DNA of 64,000 nt from contig MU057801.1 in the NCBI GenBank assembly GCA_013265495.1, positions 3,006,765 through 3,070,764 on the forward strand, read 5' to 3'. Of this stretch, positions 11,693 to 23,899 are shown piece after piece. A program made the translations under genes and the position numbers. Numbering within the stretch: the first letter of the stretch is position 1; each line of letters starts with the position of its first letter. The notes beneath the pieces were generated by a model, which worked only from the letters and a program-made list of their open reading frames with translations, was not told the DNA's origin and did not search any database. Source of the stretch: Vicugna vicugna (taxonomy: Eukaryota).

Positions 11693-14600
11693 GCCGCCGG
11701 CCGCCGCCCGCGCAGGCGCGATGCGGGCCCACCGGCGTGGGAGACGCGGGCGGAGCCTCGAGGCCGCTCGACCCTTCCGCGCTGTTTCGGGGAACTCCCG
11801 CGAGACGTCTCCCTACCTGAGCGCCGGCGAGCCGCGAGTTCCCGCGAGACTCCGGCATCGCGGTCTCCGGGCGCGCGGGGGCGTCCCGTCGTCGCGGTGC
11901 AAGCGGTTTTCTCAGCCGCTCGTGTGCGGCCGGTGCTCGGAAGTGCGGTCTCTGCCTTCGCGCCTGTCCCCGCTCGTCTCTTTCCTCCTTGTGCCCTCCT
12001 TGGGGGAGGAGGGCGCCAGGCTGCTGGAGAGCGAGTTCCTGGGCCCGGGACGCCCGGGAGGAGACGGAAGAAGCGGCCTCCCGGCCCGGTGGGGGTGTCC
12101 TCGCCCGCGGAGCGGCCGGCGGCGCGGGAGCGTCCGCCCGAGGCCGCGCCTCCGTGGGAGGGTTGCGTTCCGAGCTCGGAACGTGCGGCCCGGCCCGCCG
12201 AGCTCGCGCGGCCGGGGTGTGGAGCCGCGTCGGCGCCGGAGGCGGGCAGCCCGGGTCTGGAGGCCCTCGTTTGGCGGCGGCGCCTGAAGACCAACGTGTG
12301 TCCGCCTCGGCGGCCCTTCCTGAAGCCTCGGTTCCCGGGGGACTCGGTTGCAGCCAGAGGCCGAGGCACCTGGAGAGGCCGGTGACCCTGTGCCTTCTGC
12401 CGTTGGCGGAATCTGGTTCCTGGGCCGGGCCTTGTGTCCTGTCCGCACCGTCTGTGCCAGCGACCCCTGACGTGTGGCGCTGCGGCCGTCCCCAGGGACC
12501 AGGGGTTGCCCGCCCGGTGTAGGAGGGCACAGGCCGAACCTGGCCTGCTCCCTGGTTTTGTTGGGTCAGTGAGCTGAGTGGCTTTTTACTTCTTTTAAAG
12601 TAATGGAAAAAATCAAAGGGAGCGTATTCGTGACACGTGGAAACTAAATGAGATCCAGGTCTTAGGTCCACGGGTAGTTTTGCAGGGGCCCGGGCCCACT
12701 TCATTGACAGATTGTCTTGCTGCCTTTGCCCCACAGTGACAGAGTCGGCACTGAGGCCACGGGGCCTGCAGGGCCGAAAGCAGCGGCTGTCTGGAACTTG
12801 GTGGAAAAGGTCTGCCCGGCCCTGCGGCGCACGCCGACTGCCGGGCTGCTGACGTCCGGCGGGTGTGGATCAGCTGTGTCTGCGGTACCAGGCCGCCTCC
12901 GGCCGCGCGGACTGCAGTGTCCGCGTTTTGGGGCAGAATCACAGTCGACCTCTTTGCTGCTGTGGGAAATAGGCGAATGTCCATTCCTCAGAAGCAGGAC
13001 TCTCTGGTTACCCTGTTGACGTGCAGAGCTCGTCTATCAATATTGGTCGTTTAGATTAGCAGTTAGACGAAAGTCTGAGCGCATTGGTTGGAGTTACTTT
13101 TTTAATTGCCTGAATTGTCAGAATGAGTATTGCATAAAACTGTTTATGGACACATGAAGTTCATAGGATTGGAGCGATTTTCCTCCTTTCTCTTTTTTTG
13201 ATGTGCACATAGAGTTTATTGACCTGGGCGCAAATCCAAAGTCAGGATCCACAGCAATTGCGTGTGTAATCAGTCCTGGTTTGAGGGGTTGGGGTGTTTG
13301 ACAGGGTTCCCTGCGTGACAAGTACTCTAGTCCACCTCTGCTGCTTGCAGGGGGGTGACGGCCAGATACAGTGTGCCGATGACCGTTGTTTCTTCTAGTG
13401 AGATGTCTCCAGGTTTTCGGACGTTGCAGTTAACATTTGTGAACCAGTGAATTTTCCCGTGCACTTTAAGGCAGTGAGATGCACAAGCTTATAGATGGGC
13501 CTCAGGTTATTAAGCGGTCAGCTTGACGGAGTTGACACTAGAGGATGTTTTCACACTTGCAGGAAGCAAGGTCAAAATAAAAGATTAATAATTGTGAGAC
13601 TTGATGAAGGCACACAAGTGAAAACTAAACTACAGCACTTGCTTGTCCCACATTCTGCAGAACGGCACCGCTGCTGTGCAGCTGCTTCCACCCTGCATCC
13701 ACCCTGCCTTTTCCGCCCTGCCCTAGGGAAAGTCTTTTTCAGACCCTTCCCACCCACCTCATGTACAAGTTCATCGCAACTGCATGACTTCAGAAGAGAG
13801 TGCTGGGGGACACACGGAGGGGCCAGTGCCACAGGTGGTAAAAAGAATTTACCAAGAGCAAGAAGTTTAAGAACAAAGGAAAAGGTTAATAGTTGAGCTG
13901 CTGTAGGCAACAGCGGGCCGCATAGGTTCCTGCATGCCCATCGAGTGTGAACGTGCAGGACCTTTTATCAGCGAAGGGGCTGGGGACGCAAAGGGCGGGG
14001 GGAACAGCCTTCTGGCTGGCTGTAAACGAGATGAGGCGCTCTGGTACATGGGAGGATAGTGGACTTACGGCTCCAGGAAGGTGGAGACGTTGGCTGACAC
14101 CAGCAGGGGAGTGGGATTTATGACTCCGAGAAGGAGGAGACGTGGGCAGAGACGAGTCATTTCCATTTCCAGGGTGGTCAGTTCTGCTGAGGCAAACCCC
14201 TGTCAGGAGCTTGTCTTCCACAGAGGGGCAGGCAGACACGCCAGGGCTGGAAGTCGGGGCCGTGTGGCCTCGGCAGGCACCAGCTGTCCTGGCAGAGGTT
14301 TGCCCCGTGGGCTCAAGGTTTTCCCAGGATGGGCCATTGCTTAGCTGACAGGACAAAACAGAAACCACCTGGAGAGAGTCTCGCAGGCCCCACTCCACCT
14401 GCCCAGCTGTCACCAGCTGTCCCCTCCCCTGCCGGACGGCCTTACGTGAGCCGCCCCTGCTGCCTGTGTGGCTGAGCCTTCAGCTGTTTGCTAGATGCCC
14501 CGCTCCTACTTAGGGACATCTTTTCAGCAGTTCTTCCCTCCTCTCTCTGCATCAGCAGCGCCCTCCCACCGTTGGACCCACTCCTCTCACTCACAGCGCT

Positions 14601-14920
14601 GTGCTGAAACTCCTCTGGCAAGTCGCCGGGGGCCTTCGCTTGCTAAATCCAGTAGCCATTCCCTGGGCTCGCCTTCTTGTCCTGTCAGCATCTTCCCATC
14701 TAGCTGGCCCCTTTCTTGTACATATGCTTTGTTCCTTCGCTTTCAGGACACCACACTTCCTTAATTTTCTTTTTTTGCTCCTGACTACTCTTCATAGTCT
14801 CCTTTGCTGATGCCTCATCTCCCTGACTTTCTGGTGTTAGAGGGCCCCAGGGCTGCCTCAGTACACTCACTCCCTCAGAGAATCTCCATTCACTTTCATG
14901 ACTTTAATTACCATTTATAA

Positions 14921-15040
14921 GGGGGTGGGTAGAGCTCAGTGGTAGAGCATGTGCTTAGCACGCGTGAGGTCCTGGGTTCAATCCTCAGTGCTTCCATTAC
15001 AAAACAAATAAACCTACCACCCCCCAATATCCCCCCAAAT
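14921..15040 (+). mobile_element. tRNA-derived SINE (vic-1 type)
   Basis: gggggtgggtagagctcagtggtagagcatgtgcttagcacgcgtgaggtcctgggttcaatcctcag plus tail. Confidence 0.9.
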
Positions 15041-15351
15041 ATCATTTATGTATATGCTGATGACTCATAAAATGCTATCTCCCCTGATCCCTTAGGAATC
15101 ATCTTGGCAGAGAATAGGAAAATAAATAAAGCCATTGACCATTTTAGAGGTGGTCAGTCACACCTGTATTTTAAGAAATGCAAATCCAAACTACAGTAAG
15201 ATGTCATTTTTATATATAGGATAACCAAAAGTTAAATGTCTAAGTTATACATCAATAAAGCTGATTATAAAAACAAAACAAAACACAAAAACAGCTTCTC
15301 TACAACCTGGTCCATCTGATCCCAGGTATGTTACATAAAGTAAAAACAATA

Positions 15352-15660
15352 TTTAACACCTTTATTATAGTACAATTCCTGTACAGTAAACTACACATAT
15401 TTTCTATGTACAATTTGATGAATTTTGATAGATGTATATGCCCATGAAACTACTACCACAATCAAGGTAGCTAACGTTTCTATCACTCCAATCAAGAGTT
15501 GCAAATTTTGAATTCCCAGTTTATCCCTTCCCACCCCCTGTACCCCGTGGTAACCATAAGCTTGTTCTCTATGTCTGTGAGTCTATTTCTGTTTTGTTAG
15601 TAAGTTCATTTGTGACCTTTTTATAGATTCCTATGTGGACATCGCATGGTATTTTTCTCA
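15352..15660 (-). mobile_element. L1 3' end fragment (same variant tail as 5636-5866)
   Basis: Antisense ...ggtaaccataagcttgttctctatgtctgtgagtc..., with the same internal junction as the 5636 copy. Confidence 0.75.
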
Positions 15661-16789
15661 GAAAGTAAAAATTATTTCAACTTACTAACACACTATGTCT
15701 TCCTCTGCAAAATGGAGATTCCAATCCTAACTTACAAGTTGGTTAAGAGGATAAAATATGGCAATAATTGTAAAGCCAGGACCTAGGACAGAACAGTTGT
15801 TCCGTAAATGCTAATTGAATCTTTTTTTTTTTCCCTACAAGACCTGGTCTACACCAGGAATGCATCAGCCTGAGTAAAGTGCTGAGAGAAGGAATGTTGG
15901 GACAATGATGGAGATGTCCTAAATGAGGGCACAAGGTCGGGAATATTCCTCACAAAGACGCTTGGTTATCTGCGAACGAGCTGAGGCTTTGAGCCCCAGA
16001 GGGGACAGTGCAGGTCACAAGATGTCAGACGCAAGCGAAGGACACCCACCATTGTCTGGAGCAGAGAAGGCCTTGTAGGAAGGCAGTAGCTAAGGAGCAC
16101 CCACCGGAGCCGGGCTGTCCTCCCTTTCCCAAGCAGAGTCCTCTCCTGGGCGGGCAAGGGACTGGAGGAGGTAGAGCCAGGGGCTAAGAAAGGGTGTGAC
16201 CCTCAGAATGTCCTTGGAAATTCCCAAGCCTGGGAAATGGCCTCCTCTTTTTTCTTTTTTCAAGTATTAGTCCTGCCAGAGAAGAAAAGAACCATGGGCA
16301 GCTTCCTAAGAATAGACCCAGAGTGTATGTGTAAGATCAGCCTGTCCTGACGTCATACTGACACGGAGCAGAAAGTTCATTCTCTTTGTGCCTCTGGAAT
16401 AATGAGATTTCACTTTCAGTAATATCCAACACGTACGGAACATTAAGTGTACACCTCAGATGGTTCCCGGTGTTATACAAGATTTCCTTATTCAGTCCAC
16501 ACAAGGACCCTATGAAGGAGTTATTTTTCACCCATCTTTTTCAGGTGAGGAAACCAGGCACAGTTTAAATACCTTTCCCAAAGTGATGGCACCCAGGTCT
16601 GCAGTCTCGCTGTGGAGGGCACGCTCTTAACCAGTAGGCGTGGCTGTGACAATTCTCAGTGTGTGTGTACAGGTTGGGGACTTGGGTCAAACCAGATTAG
16701 TTGCAAGGGAATGTGTTACAACTGCTTGATGGATTCATGGGATACATCTGGGTTCTGTTTATGATTGTTCCATAAAATATCAAAGCTGT

Positions 16790-17197
16790 TGTTACTGAAC
16801 CCGTTTTTATGCCTGATGCACAGTGAGGCCAAAAAATACCGAAACGTCGGCGTTTGGAGCAGAGAAAGGTTTATTGCTGGGCTGAGCAAGGAGATCTGGT
16901 GGCTCATGCCCCCAGAACCCCAAACTCCCTGAAGGGTTCCAGCTGAGCAATTTTAAAGGCGGGCTGAGAGGGGAGCGTCCTTGGGTGACCAGCTGTGCAC
17001 AATTCTCTGCATGGCCTTAGGTGCCAGAAGGTCTGGGGGCTGTGTGCCCATGATCGTCCAGTAGTTGATTTCTTCCATTTGATGGTGGGTTTTAGCATGA
17101 GATACTATCATCTGGGTCCTTCAGAGAGGAGCTACAGCAGAGGGCATGAGAGAGGGGTCTGCCCCCAGAAGGCCCCACAGGGTCCTGTGCAGTTACA
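16790..17197 (-). mobile_element. Solo LTR, ERV1-like, 408 bp, with 4-bp TSD
   Basis: TGTTAC...GTTACA termini; TSD CTGT at 16786-16789 and 17198-17201; minus-strand AATAAA (tttatt at about 16870). Confidence 0.85.
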
Positions 17198-17279
17198 CTG
17201 TTACTTGGTGATTAGCCCACAGCCCCAGGGAGATTGGAACAAATGCACCAGCCCCCACTTAAAATACGTGGGCAGACAC

Positions 17280-17520
17280 AGATAGCTGCCTTTTGTATGA
17301 TTTCATTGATAGGGAACGTCCAGGAGAGGTAAAGACACAGAGAGAAAAAGGGGATTGGGGGGTTGTTGGGGGCAGGGGAGGGAGGAAGGGGAGTGTGCGC
17401 TTTAGATTCAGGGTTTTACTTGGAGGAATGAAGTAGTCTGAAACTAGACAGTGGTGATGCTCGCACAGCATTGTGAATGCACTTATTGCTCCTGAATTGC
17501 ACAATTTAAAAGGGAAAAAG
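17280..17520 (+). mobile_element. Old L1M (L1MB-like) 3' end
   Basis: aaactagacagtggtgatgctcgcacagcattgtgaatgcactta...gaattgcacaatttaaaa is a typical L1M 3'UTR end. Confidence 0.75.
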
Positions 17521-17526
17521 TAAATT

Positions 17527-19132
17527 TTTATTGTAAACTTAAAACATAAAAAATAGATGACACCATAAATAACATAAAAGAAAAAGAGGAAATTACAGAG
17601 AACCCAAACAAAAATAATGCCAGGGGAAGGGAAGTAAAGTTCAGGTGTGGGTGTGGGATGATGGTGAGAATTCAGAGATGACGGTGCTGGTGGCTGCAGG
17701 GGCAACTCAGCCTGTGGGGATGGTGATGCCCGAATTGGCTCTGGGTTGCCTAGAGGTGGAGGTGCAGGTGCGGGCACAGGGTCTCCCTGCAGGGCTGGTG
17801 GAATATGGCCCAGCTCTGGGTCTCCTGCAGGAGCAGGCGCAGCCCCTCCTTGCTGGCGTGGTGTTTCCTCATCTCGCTCTGGGTCTCCTGCTGGATCAAA
17901 ATCTTCCTATTTTGGGTCTCTGGCATTTTCCCCTGCCCCTACCTCCTCTGGATCTGTATCTGTTGGAAGTGGAGAGAACTTTAAGTCTAGTGGAAGTGCT
18001 AAAGCTGTGAGAGAGGAAAAATTTACCCACATGCTTCCCTTTCCATGTGCCTTTTCAAGGACAGAAATCTTCCCAGAACTTTCCAGACGAGTCCCACCCA
18101 GGAACTGCCCACAGGATGTGTTCTGTGACCGCGCTCCACCAGATGGGTGGTCTGAGGCCTGTCTTTGCTCTGCTCCCAACAGCAGCCTCTGGGGACTCCC
18201 TGTGTGGCCCAGCCCTCGCCCCTCCCTCACCTACACACATGCACCCAGCCCCGCCCTTCTCACCTTCGGGTTCTGCTGCAGTGGGCTCCAGGTCCTCCAG
18301 CTGACTTACCGGGAGGTGGGCATGGTGCTCCAGGTTGGAGCCAGGTGTGCTGAGCTGCCTGTCAGCCCTGGGCAGGACCCCGGGAGTGGCCTGGGTGGTG
18401 TCTGGGCAGGAGGCCTGCCCTGTTCATCTCTGGGCCATGGTTCTGGGCACCCCTATGTGTCCACACTCACTCGGATCCTGCACTGGCCCTTGGCAGTGTG
18501 GTGCTCCAGCCCCTCACTCGGTGGGGTGGAGTGGGTGTCCCCATCCACCACCAGCTCCTGTCTGATCTGCGGCGTGGGGCTCTGCAATGACAGTGACCGG
18601 CATCCGGCCCGGCCTGGAGGTCTCAGAACCCTGCCTGGCCAGCTTCACTGCTGCTTCTGCCCACTCGACCCTCTGCTGCCAGATCAGGCTCAGACCTCGA
18701 TCTGCCCAGGTAGTCACCCAGGAGGGAAGGGACACAGCCAGAGGGCTTGGGCTCCACCTCGGGCAGAAGGGCCCTGCCCCAGCTCTCCATGTCCCAGCCA
18801 GCCAGCTTTGACCTGGGTTGTGGACATGAGCAGCCCCTCAGGCCTCTGACCCCTCTTCAGCCTTCTCATGCTTGAGGCAGATCTCTCCTCATGACCACCC
18901 CACCTCCACCATCCAGGAAGGGGACGTAGGGCCACCCGGGTGGGATCCGAGTGGTGGCCTGGCCTGGGCAGGCCTGCCCTGGGCCTCCCTGTGTTACTTT
19001 TGGGTCCCTCTGGGCAAACAGCCAAAGGTGTCTGGGGTGAGACCTGACCCCAACATCTGCAGCATTGGAAAGGCCCTCGGTGCAGGCTTTCCTGAGACCA
19101 TGGCCTCAGGATATTGGGACACAACAGAGCAT
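17527..19132 (-). pseudogene. Decayed RALGDS-derived / CDRT15-like spliced gene (exons about 19132-18998, 18581-18471, about 18366-18264, 17959-about 17527)
   Basis: Exon A reads MLCCVPIS*GHGLRKA...SHPRHLWLFAQRDPK|gtaaca. Exon B (111 nt, cag|...|gtgagt) reads SPTPQIRQELVVDG...HHTAKGQCRIR. Exon C reads RQLSTPGSNLEHHAHLPVSQLEDLEPTAAEPE|gtgaga. Exon D is Pro/acidic-rich and ends in a hydrophobic stretch with AATAAA at 17532-17527. In-frame stops at 19108-19106 and 17909-17907. Confidence 0.75.
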
Positions 19133-20034
19133 GTCTGAGTGTCTCCAACCAAGTGAGCTGGGGAGGGGGCTTCTCTAGAAAGGGGGTGCCTGGTGACTAG
19201 GTTCCAAGTTCTGTTGAGCTCTGTTGTCCAGGGAGTGAGGTTGCTTCCTGGGGTCCCCTTACCCAAGCTTCCTCCTTACACAGAGCTCCCCAAGGGCCTT
19301 TCTGGGCGGCTGACTGCTCACCTCCCACCCCGTGCCATGTCCACACACAGTGACACCAAGCCAGCCCACCCCACAGCTGGGGAAGCCTGGGTGCAGCCAG
19401 GGCCGCAGCTCTGAGGACACAGCTGGGTTCAGACTCGGCTCCCCCCACTCAGCAGTGCTGTCACCCTGGACAAGCCACCTGCCTCCCAGGGTCTCCCCAG
19501 TCCCCCATCGGCACTATGGGGGTCATTCTAGTCTGTGCTTCCTAGGGAAGCCATCATGTCTCTAGACCTGTAAACGCCTCCTGCACCTGTCACCCCCACG
19601 GGCTGGCATCACAGGGAGCTCACGCACAGACTCAGCAAAGGAAGGGCCCCACAGAGGGCTGGCGGAGCACAGAGCACACCCCATATAGGCCGGGGTCCGC
19701 CCTGGGGTCTGGGGAAAGTCACTCTCCTTGCCGCCTGCTTCCCAGCTCCCTGTTGCGGGGGTTGAAATTAAACACAACTCTGACATCGTCTGCTTGGGCA
19801 TGCAACCTCCTAGGTCATTCTGTCCTGTCAGATCCAGGCCCAGTACCCCATCTCAGCCTCTGGGGTGGGCTGCCCCACAGTGGCTCCCTGCTTGTTGGCC
19901 TTCTGGTCACACGTCCTTGTGTGACCCCCACAGCCTCCTCTGCAGGGTGGATGGACATTGGGCCCGGGTTCTGACATGTAGACTGACTTGTGAAAATGTG
20001 CGTGACTTCCATTCATTCCAGCTCCAGTGTTCAT

Positions 20035-20225
20035 TCTCTCTCTCTCTCTCTCAGTGCCTCTCTCTCTGTCTGTCTTGCCTCTCTCTGTTTCTCTCTCTCC
20101 CTCTGCCTCTCTGTGTTTCAGTCTGCCTGTCTCTTTCCTGTATGTATGTGTTTGTATGTATATAAATGTGTGTGTGTATATATATATGTGTGTGTGTGTG
20201 TGTGTATATGTATTTATGTGTGTGG
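20035..20225. repeat. Compound microsatellite (CT)n / (TG)n / (TA)n
   Basis: Directly visible. Confidence 0.95.
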
Positions 20226-20999
20226 ATTGTTAGGGCACAGGGCAGGTCACTTCTAAAGATCCCGTAATGACATATTGATTATTTTGAATTCATGTTACTG
20301 AAGAAAAAACACTGAGAGCTGTGCAGGAGCTGGTGGGGTCAGCCCCAAGGACCAGCAGCTGGGGAAGGGATGCACCTGTGGCACTTGAATGCGTCCTGTG
20401 CCCTGCTCTCCCAGAGAGGAGTGTCCGTTCATGCCTTCCCTCCAGGGGGTCCTCTGGGACCCTTGCCTCCTCACATTGCCACCAGAGCTGGTTGTCACCA
20501 GGCTGAAGAGCTGCCCATGTGCTGGTGACCAGTGCTGTCCTGCAGTGTGTGTGTCTGCCAGTGTCCTCACCTGAGAGGCCGAGCATCTCTAACACACACT
20601 GGCCGCCTGCACTGCCTCTCACTGGAACTGCCTGTGTGTGTTCTGTTTCTGTGTAGAACACTGGGTTTCAAGAGGTTTTTGGACCACAGGGGTGTGAAAC
20701 CTTTCTCTGACCTTGAGTCGTGAGGAATCCTTTTTCCAGTGTGGTTTGTCTTTCCAGCTGCCTTTCTTGGCCTTTGTTTATTTTCTGTTTTTGTTTGGTT
20801 TTGTTTTGCCAGAGGAAGAGCTAAGCATCTCCCTTCTGTCTTCTGGCTCTGGTTTCACATGTAGAACAGCAGTGCCTACCCCGAGATTATGCACATGGTT
20901 AGTAAAACAGCCTCGTTTTGTACATCTCATCTTCAATCCATCCGAATTTCCCTTTCAAATAAAAAAATGCTACTTCAAGTAAAAAAAAAATTGTCAGTC

Positions 21000-23890
21000 A
21001 GAAAAGACATTTGGAAACAGTTCAATCTTCAATTTGTTAAGACCTCTTTTGTGGTCTGTAATGTGATTTATCCTGGAGAATCCACGTGTCCTTGAGCAAG
21101 TGCGTCCTGCTGCTGTTGCATGTTTGATGTAATCTGCTTGGTCCATTGGCTCATGGTGCTGTTCAACTCTGCTGTTTCCTTACTGATATCTGTCTGGATG
21201 CCCCATCCGTTATCGGAAGTGGAGCGCTCAAGCCTCCTGCTGTTACTGCATGGCTGTCTGTTTACCCCGTCAGGTCTGCAGATGTCTGTGCTATGTATTT
21301 GGGAGGTCTGGTGTTGGGTGCTTTCTTTTATATTAAAATATTTTATATAATTTTAAAGGATATTTTCCATTTGCATTTACTAAACATTTCTGACTATGTT
21401 CCCCATGTTGTTTACCACGTCCTTGAGCCTGTATTACCACCAGCAGTGTGTTCCCCCAGCTCTCCTACCCCCAGATTTCCCCTCCCTCCCACTGGTGACC
21501 ACTCATTGGTTCTCTATTCGTGAGTCTAATTCTTTTTTGTTACATTCACTGGCTTGTTTTGTTTTTTAGATTTCATGTATAAGTGACATCATACAGCACT
21601 TGTCTCTGTCTGACTTACGTCGCTTAGCACGATGCCCTCCAGGTCCATCCATGCTGCTGCACGTGGCAGAATCCCTGTGTATTTTACGGCTGAGTAGTGT
21701 TTTATTATATATATATATGACATCTCCTTAACCTATTCATCTGTTGATGGACACTTGGGTTGCTTCCATATCTTGGCTATTGTAAATAATGTTGCTGTAG
21801 ACATTGGGGTGCATGTATCTTTTCAAATTAGTGAGTTTTTTTGATATATACCCAGGAATGGAATGTGTGCACGTATATTTATTATCATTATATCTTCCTG
21901 TTAGATAAACCCTTTTATTTTTATACAATTATCCTTTTCATCTCCTGTAGCATTTTTTAAGGTCTGTTTTTTCTCCAAAAGTATAGCCACCCTTGCTCTC
22001 TTGTGGTTACCATTTGCATGAATATCTTTTTCTGTCCCTTGACTTTCAAACGTTGGGTATTCTTAAAGCTAAGATGAGTTTCATACACAGTGTACAGTTG
22101 CAGCCCTTGTTTGGTTCACTTAGTAACTCATTTTCTTTTAACTTGTGAGTTTAATCCATTTAAATTTAAAGTAATCATCAATTGATTATTGCAGGTATAG
22201 TTTTTCTTAATACTTTCGTCTTTTCAGTTGTCAGCTAGGTTAAAACTTCTAAGTGCTCTGCCATCACAGTCTTGACTGTTCTGTATTTCTTGATCTATTT
22301 ACCTCTTCCAGTAAAGTGTATACTTTGTTACGCTTCTGTGTTGTGCTTAGTCCTTTTGTTTCGTCTTGACAAACTCTCTTAGCACTTCTTGCACAGCAGG
22401 ACTAGTGGTAACAAACTCCCACAATTTTTGTTTGTCTGGAAACGTGTATCTCTCATCATTTCACAGGACAATCTTGCCAGCTCTAGTAAACTTGGTTGGC
22501 AGATTTTTTTTCTTTCAGGATTTGGAATATATCATCCCACTCTCTCCTGGCCTTCAAAGTTTCTGCTAAAAATTCTGCTGATGATCTTAATGGAGTTTCG
22601 TTGCATTTGATGAGTTATTTCGCTTCTGCTGTTCTAAAAATTCTCTTTTTAACATTTGACAATTTAATTTTAATGTGCCTCAGTGTAGACCTCTATTACA
22701 CTCAAACTATTTGGGGTCTTTTGGGATCTATAAATCTAGAAGCAATTTTCCTTCCCCTGATTTGGGGAAAATTTAGCCATTATTTCCTTAAATAAGCTTT
22801 CTTCTTTCTCTTCTTCTGGAAGCCCCGTTACCTGTTGTTTTTCTTGACTGTGTCCTATAAGTCCTGCAGGATTTATTCATCCTTTTTACTTTTGCTGCAG
22901 TGAATAGAGCAGTTCAAACAAGCAGTCTTCAAGTCTCCTGATTCTTCTGCTTGGTCAAGTCTGCTGTTGAAGCTCTCTGCTGAATTTTTTGGTGCAGTCG
23001 TTGTATTCTTTGCTCCAGAATTTACGTTTTGGTTATTTTTTATGATTTCTGTCTCTTTGTTGAACTTCACATTGTGATCACGTATTACTTTTATGGTTTT
23101 GTCTAGTTGCCTATCTGCATTCTTTTATAGCTCAATGAGCTTATGTAAGGTGATTATTTTGAAGTCTTTGTCAGGAAATTCATAGATCTCGATTTCTTTG
23201 GGGTCAGATACTGAAACTTTGTTTTGTTTCTTTGGTGTTACCATGTTTCCCTGCTTCTGTGTGATCCTTTTCAGCCTGTGCTGTTGTCTGCAGACTTGGA
23301 GAATAATCACCCCTTCCAGTCTTTACATACTGCCTTTGGAAGGGAACGCCCTTCACCAGACAACCTGGCTAGACATTCTGGGGATCTATCGAATTTTCTC
23401 TACAGACATGAGCCCTCTGCTCCCCCCACCCCCTCCTCGGGGAACTAGTCCTAGGGCTGCGTGCCTTCTCCTAGTCGTGCGGAGCTGTGCAAGGTGCCGA
23501 GAGCTGCCTACTCCTCCTCCCTGGGGCAGTGCCCTCCCAGGCCAGGGCATTATGTGCAAGCACCCCTTCCCTCCCTCCCTTCTGAAGGGCGCATCTTCGG
23601 GTTTTGTGCCTTCTCCCTACTCTACAGAGCTGTGTCGAGTGCCAAGAGTCACCTGCTCCTTTCCATACAGCAATGTAGTAAGATGCCAAGACAGTGGGTT
23701 TGAACCCACTCCTGTCCCTCCCTTCTGAAGGGGCAGTCTCAGGGTGGCACCTTCTCCCAATCTTGCAGAGTCAAGTTACCTGCCGAGATCTTCACTGGCT
23801 GGTGAGGCCTGTGTGTCATCTCTGGGAGGGCGGGTGCAATGGTCTGTGGGAAACTGTGTACACTGGTTGCTGTTATTTTTGTTCCTAGCT
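21000..23890 (-). mobile_element. Old degraded L1 (5'UTR, ORF1 and endonuclease remnants) with a younger L1 3' end nested at about 21330-21870
   Basis: ORF1-like peptides (EIEIYEFPDKDFKII, KFNKETEIIKNNQ, ESFNSRLDQAEE) and antisense L1 3'UTR text (gatggacacttgggttgcttccatatcttggctattg). Confidence 0.8.
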
Positions 23891-23899
23891 GCCTCTCAG

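Larger units (their letters stand above)
10990..12550. promoter_or_regulatory. NANP: NANP CpG-island promoter, with two TCCCGCGAGA (CGCG/BANP-type) elements and an ETS site
   Basis: High CpG density around exon 1; TCCCGCGAGA at 11796-11805 and 11840-11849; CGGAAGTG at 11938-11945. Confidence 0.85.

Noticed and set aside
11010..12734. Long ORFs of 425 aa (+) and 486 aa (-) over the NANP promoter
   Set aside because: Low-complexity R/P/G/A translations from a stop-poor CpG island and VNTR. Only the 30-codon NANP exon is supported.
14921..14995. tRNA-like sequences (here and at four other sites)
   Set aside because: Diverged, followed by SINE bodies or poly-A (one with a TSD), so these are SINE heads rather than tRNA genes.
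17746..18849. 367-aa plus-strand ORF
   Set aside because: Antisense shadow of the minus-strand RALGDS-derived exons. GTG start and no recognisable domain.
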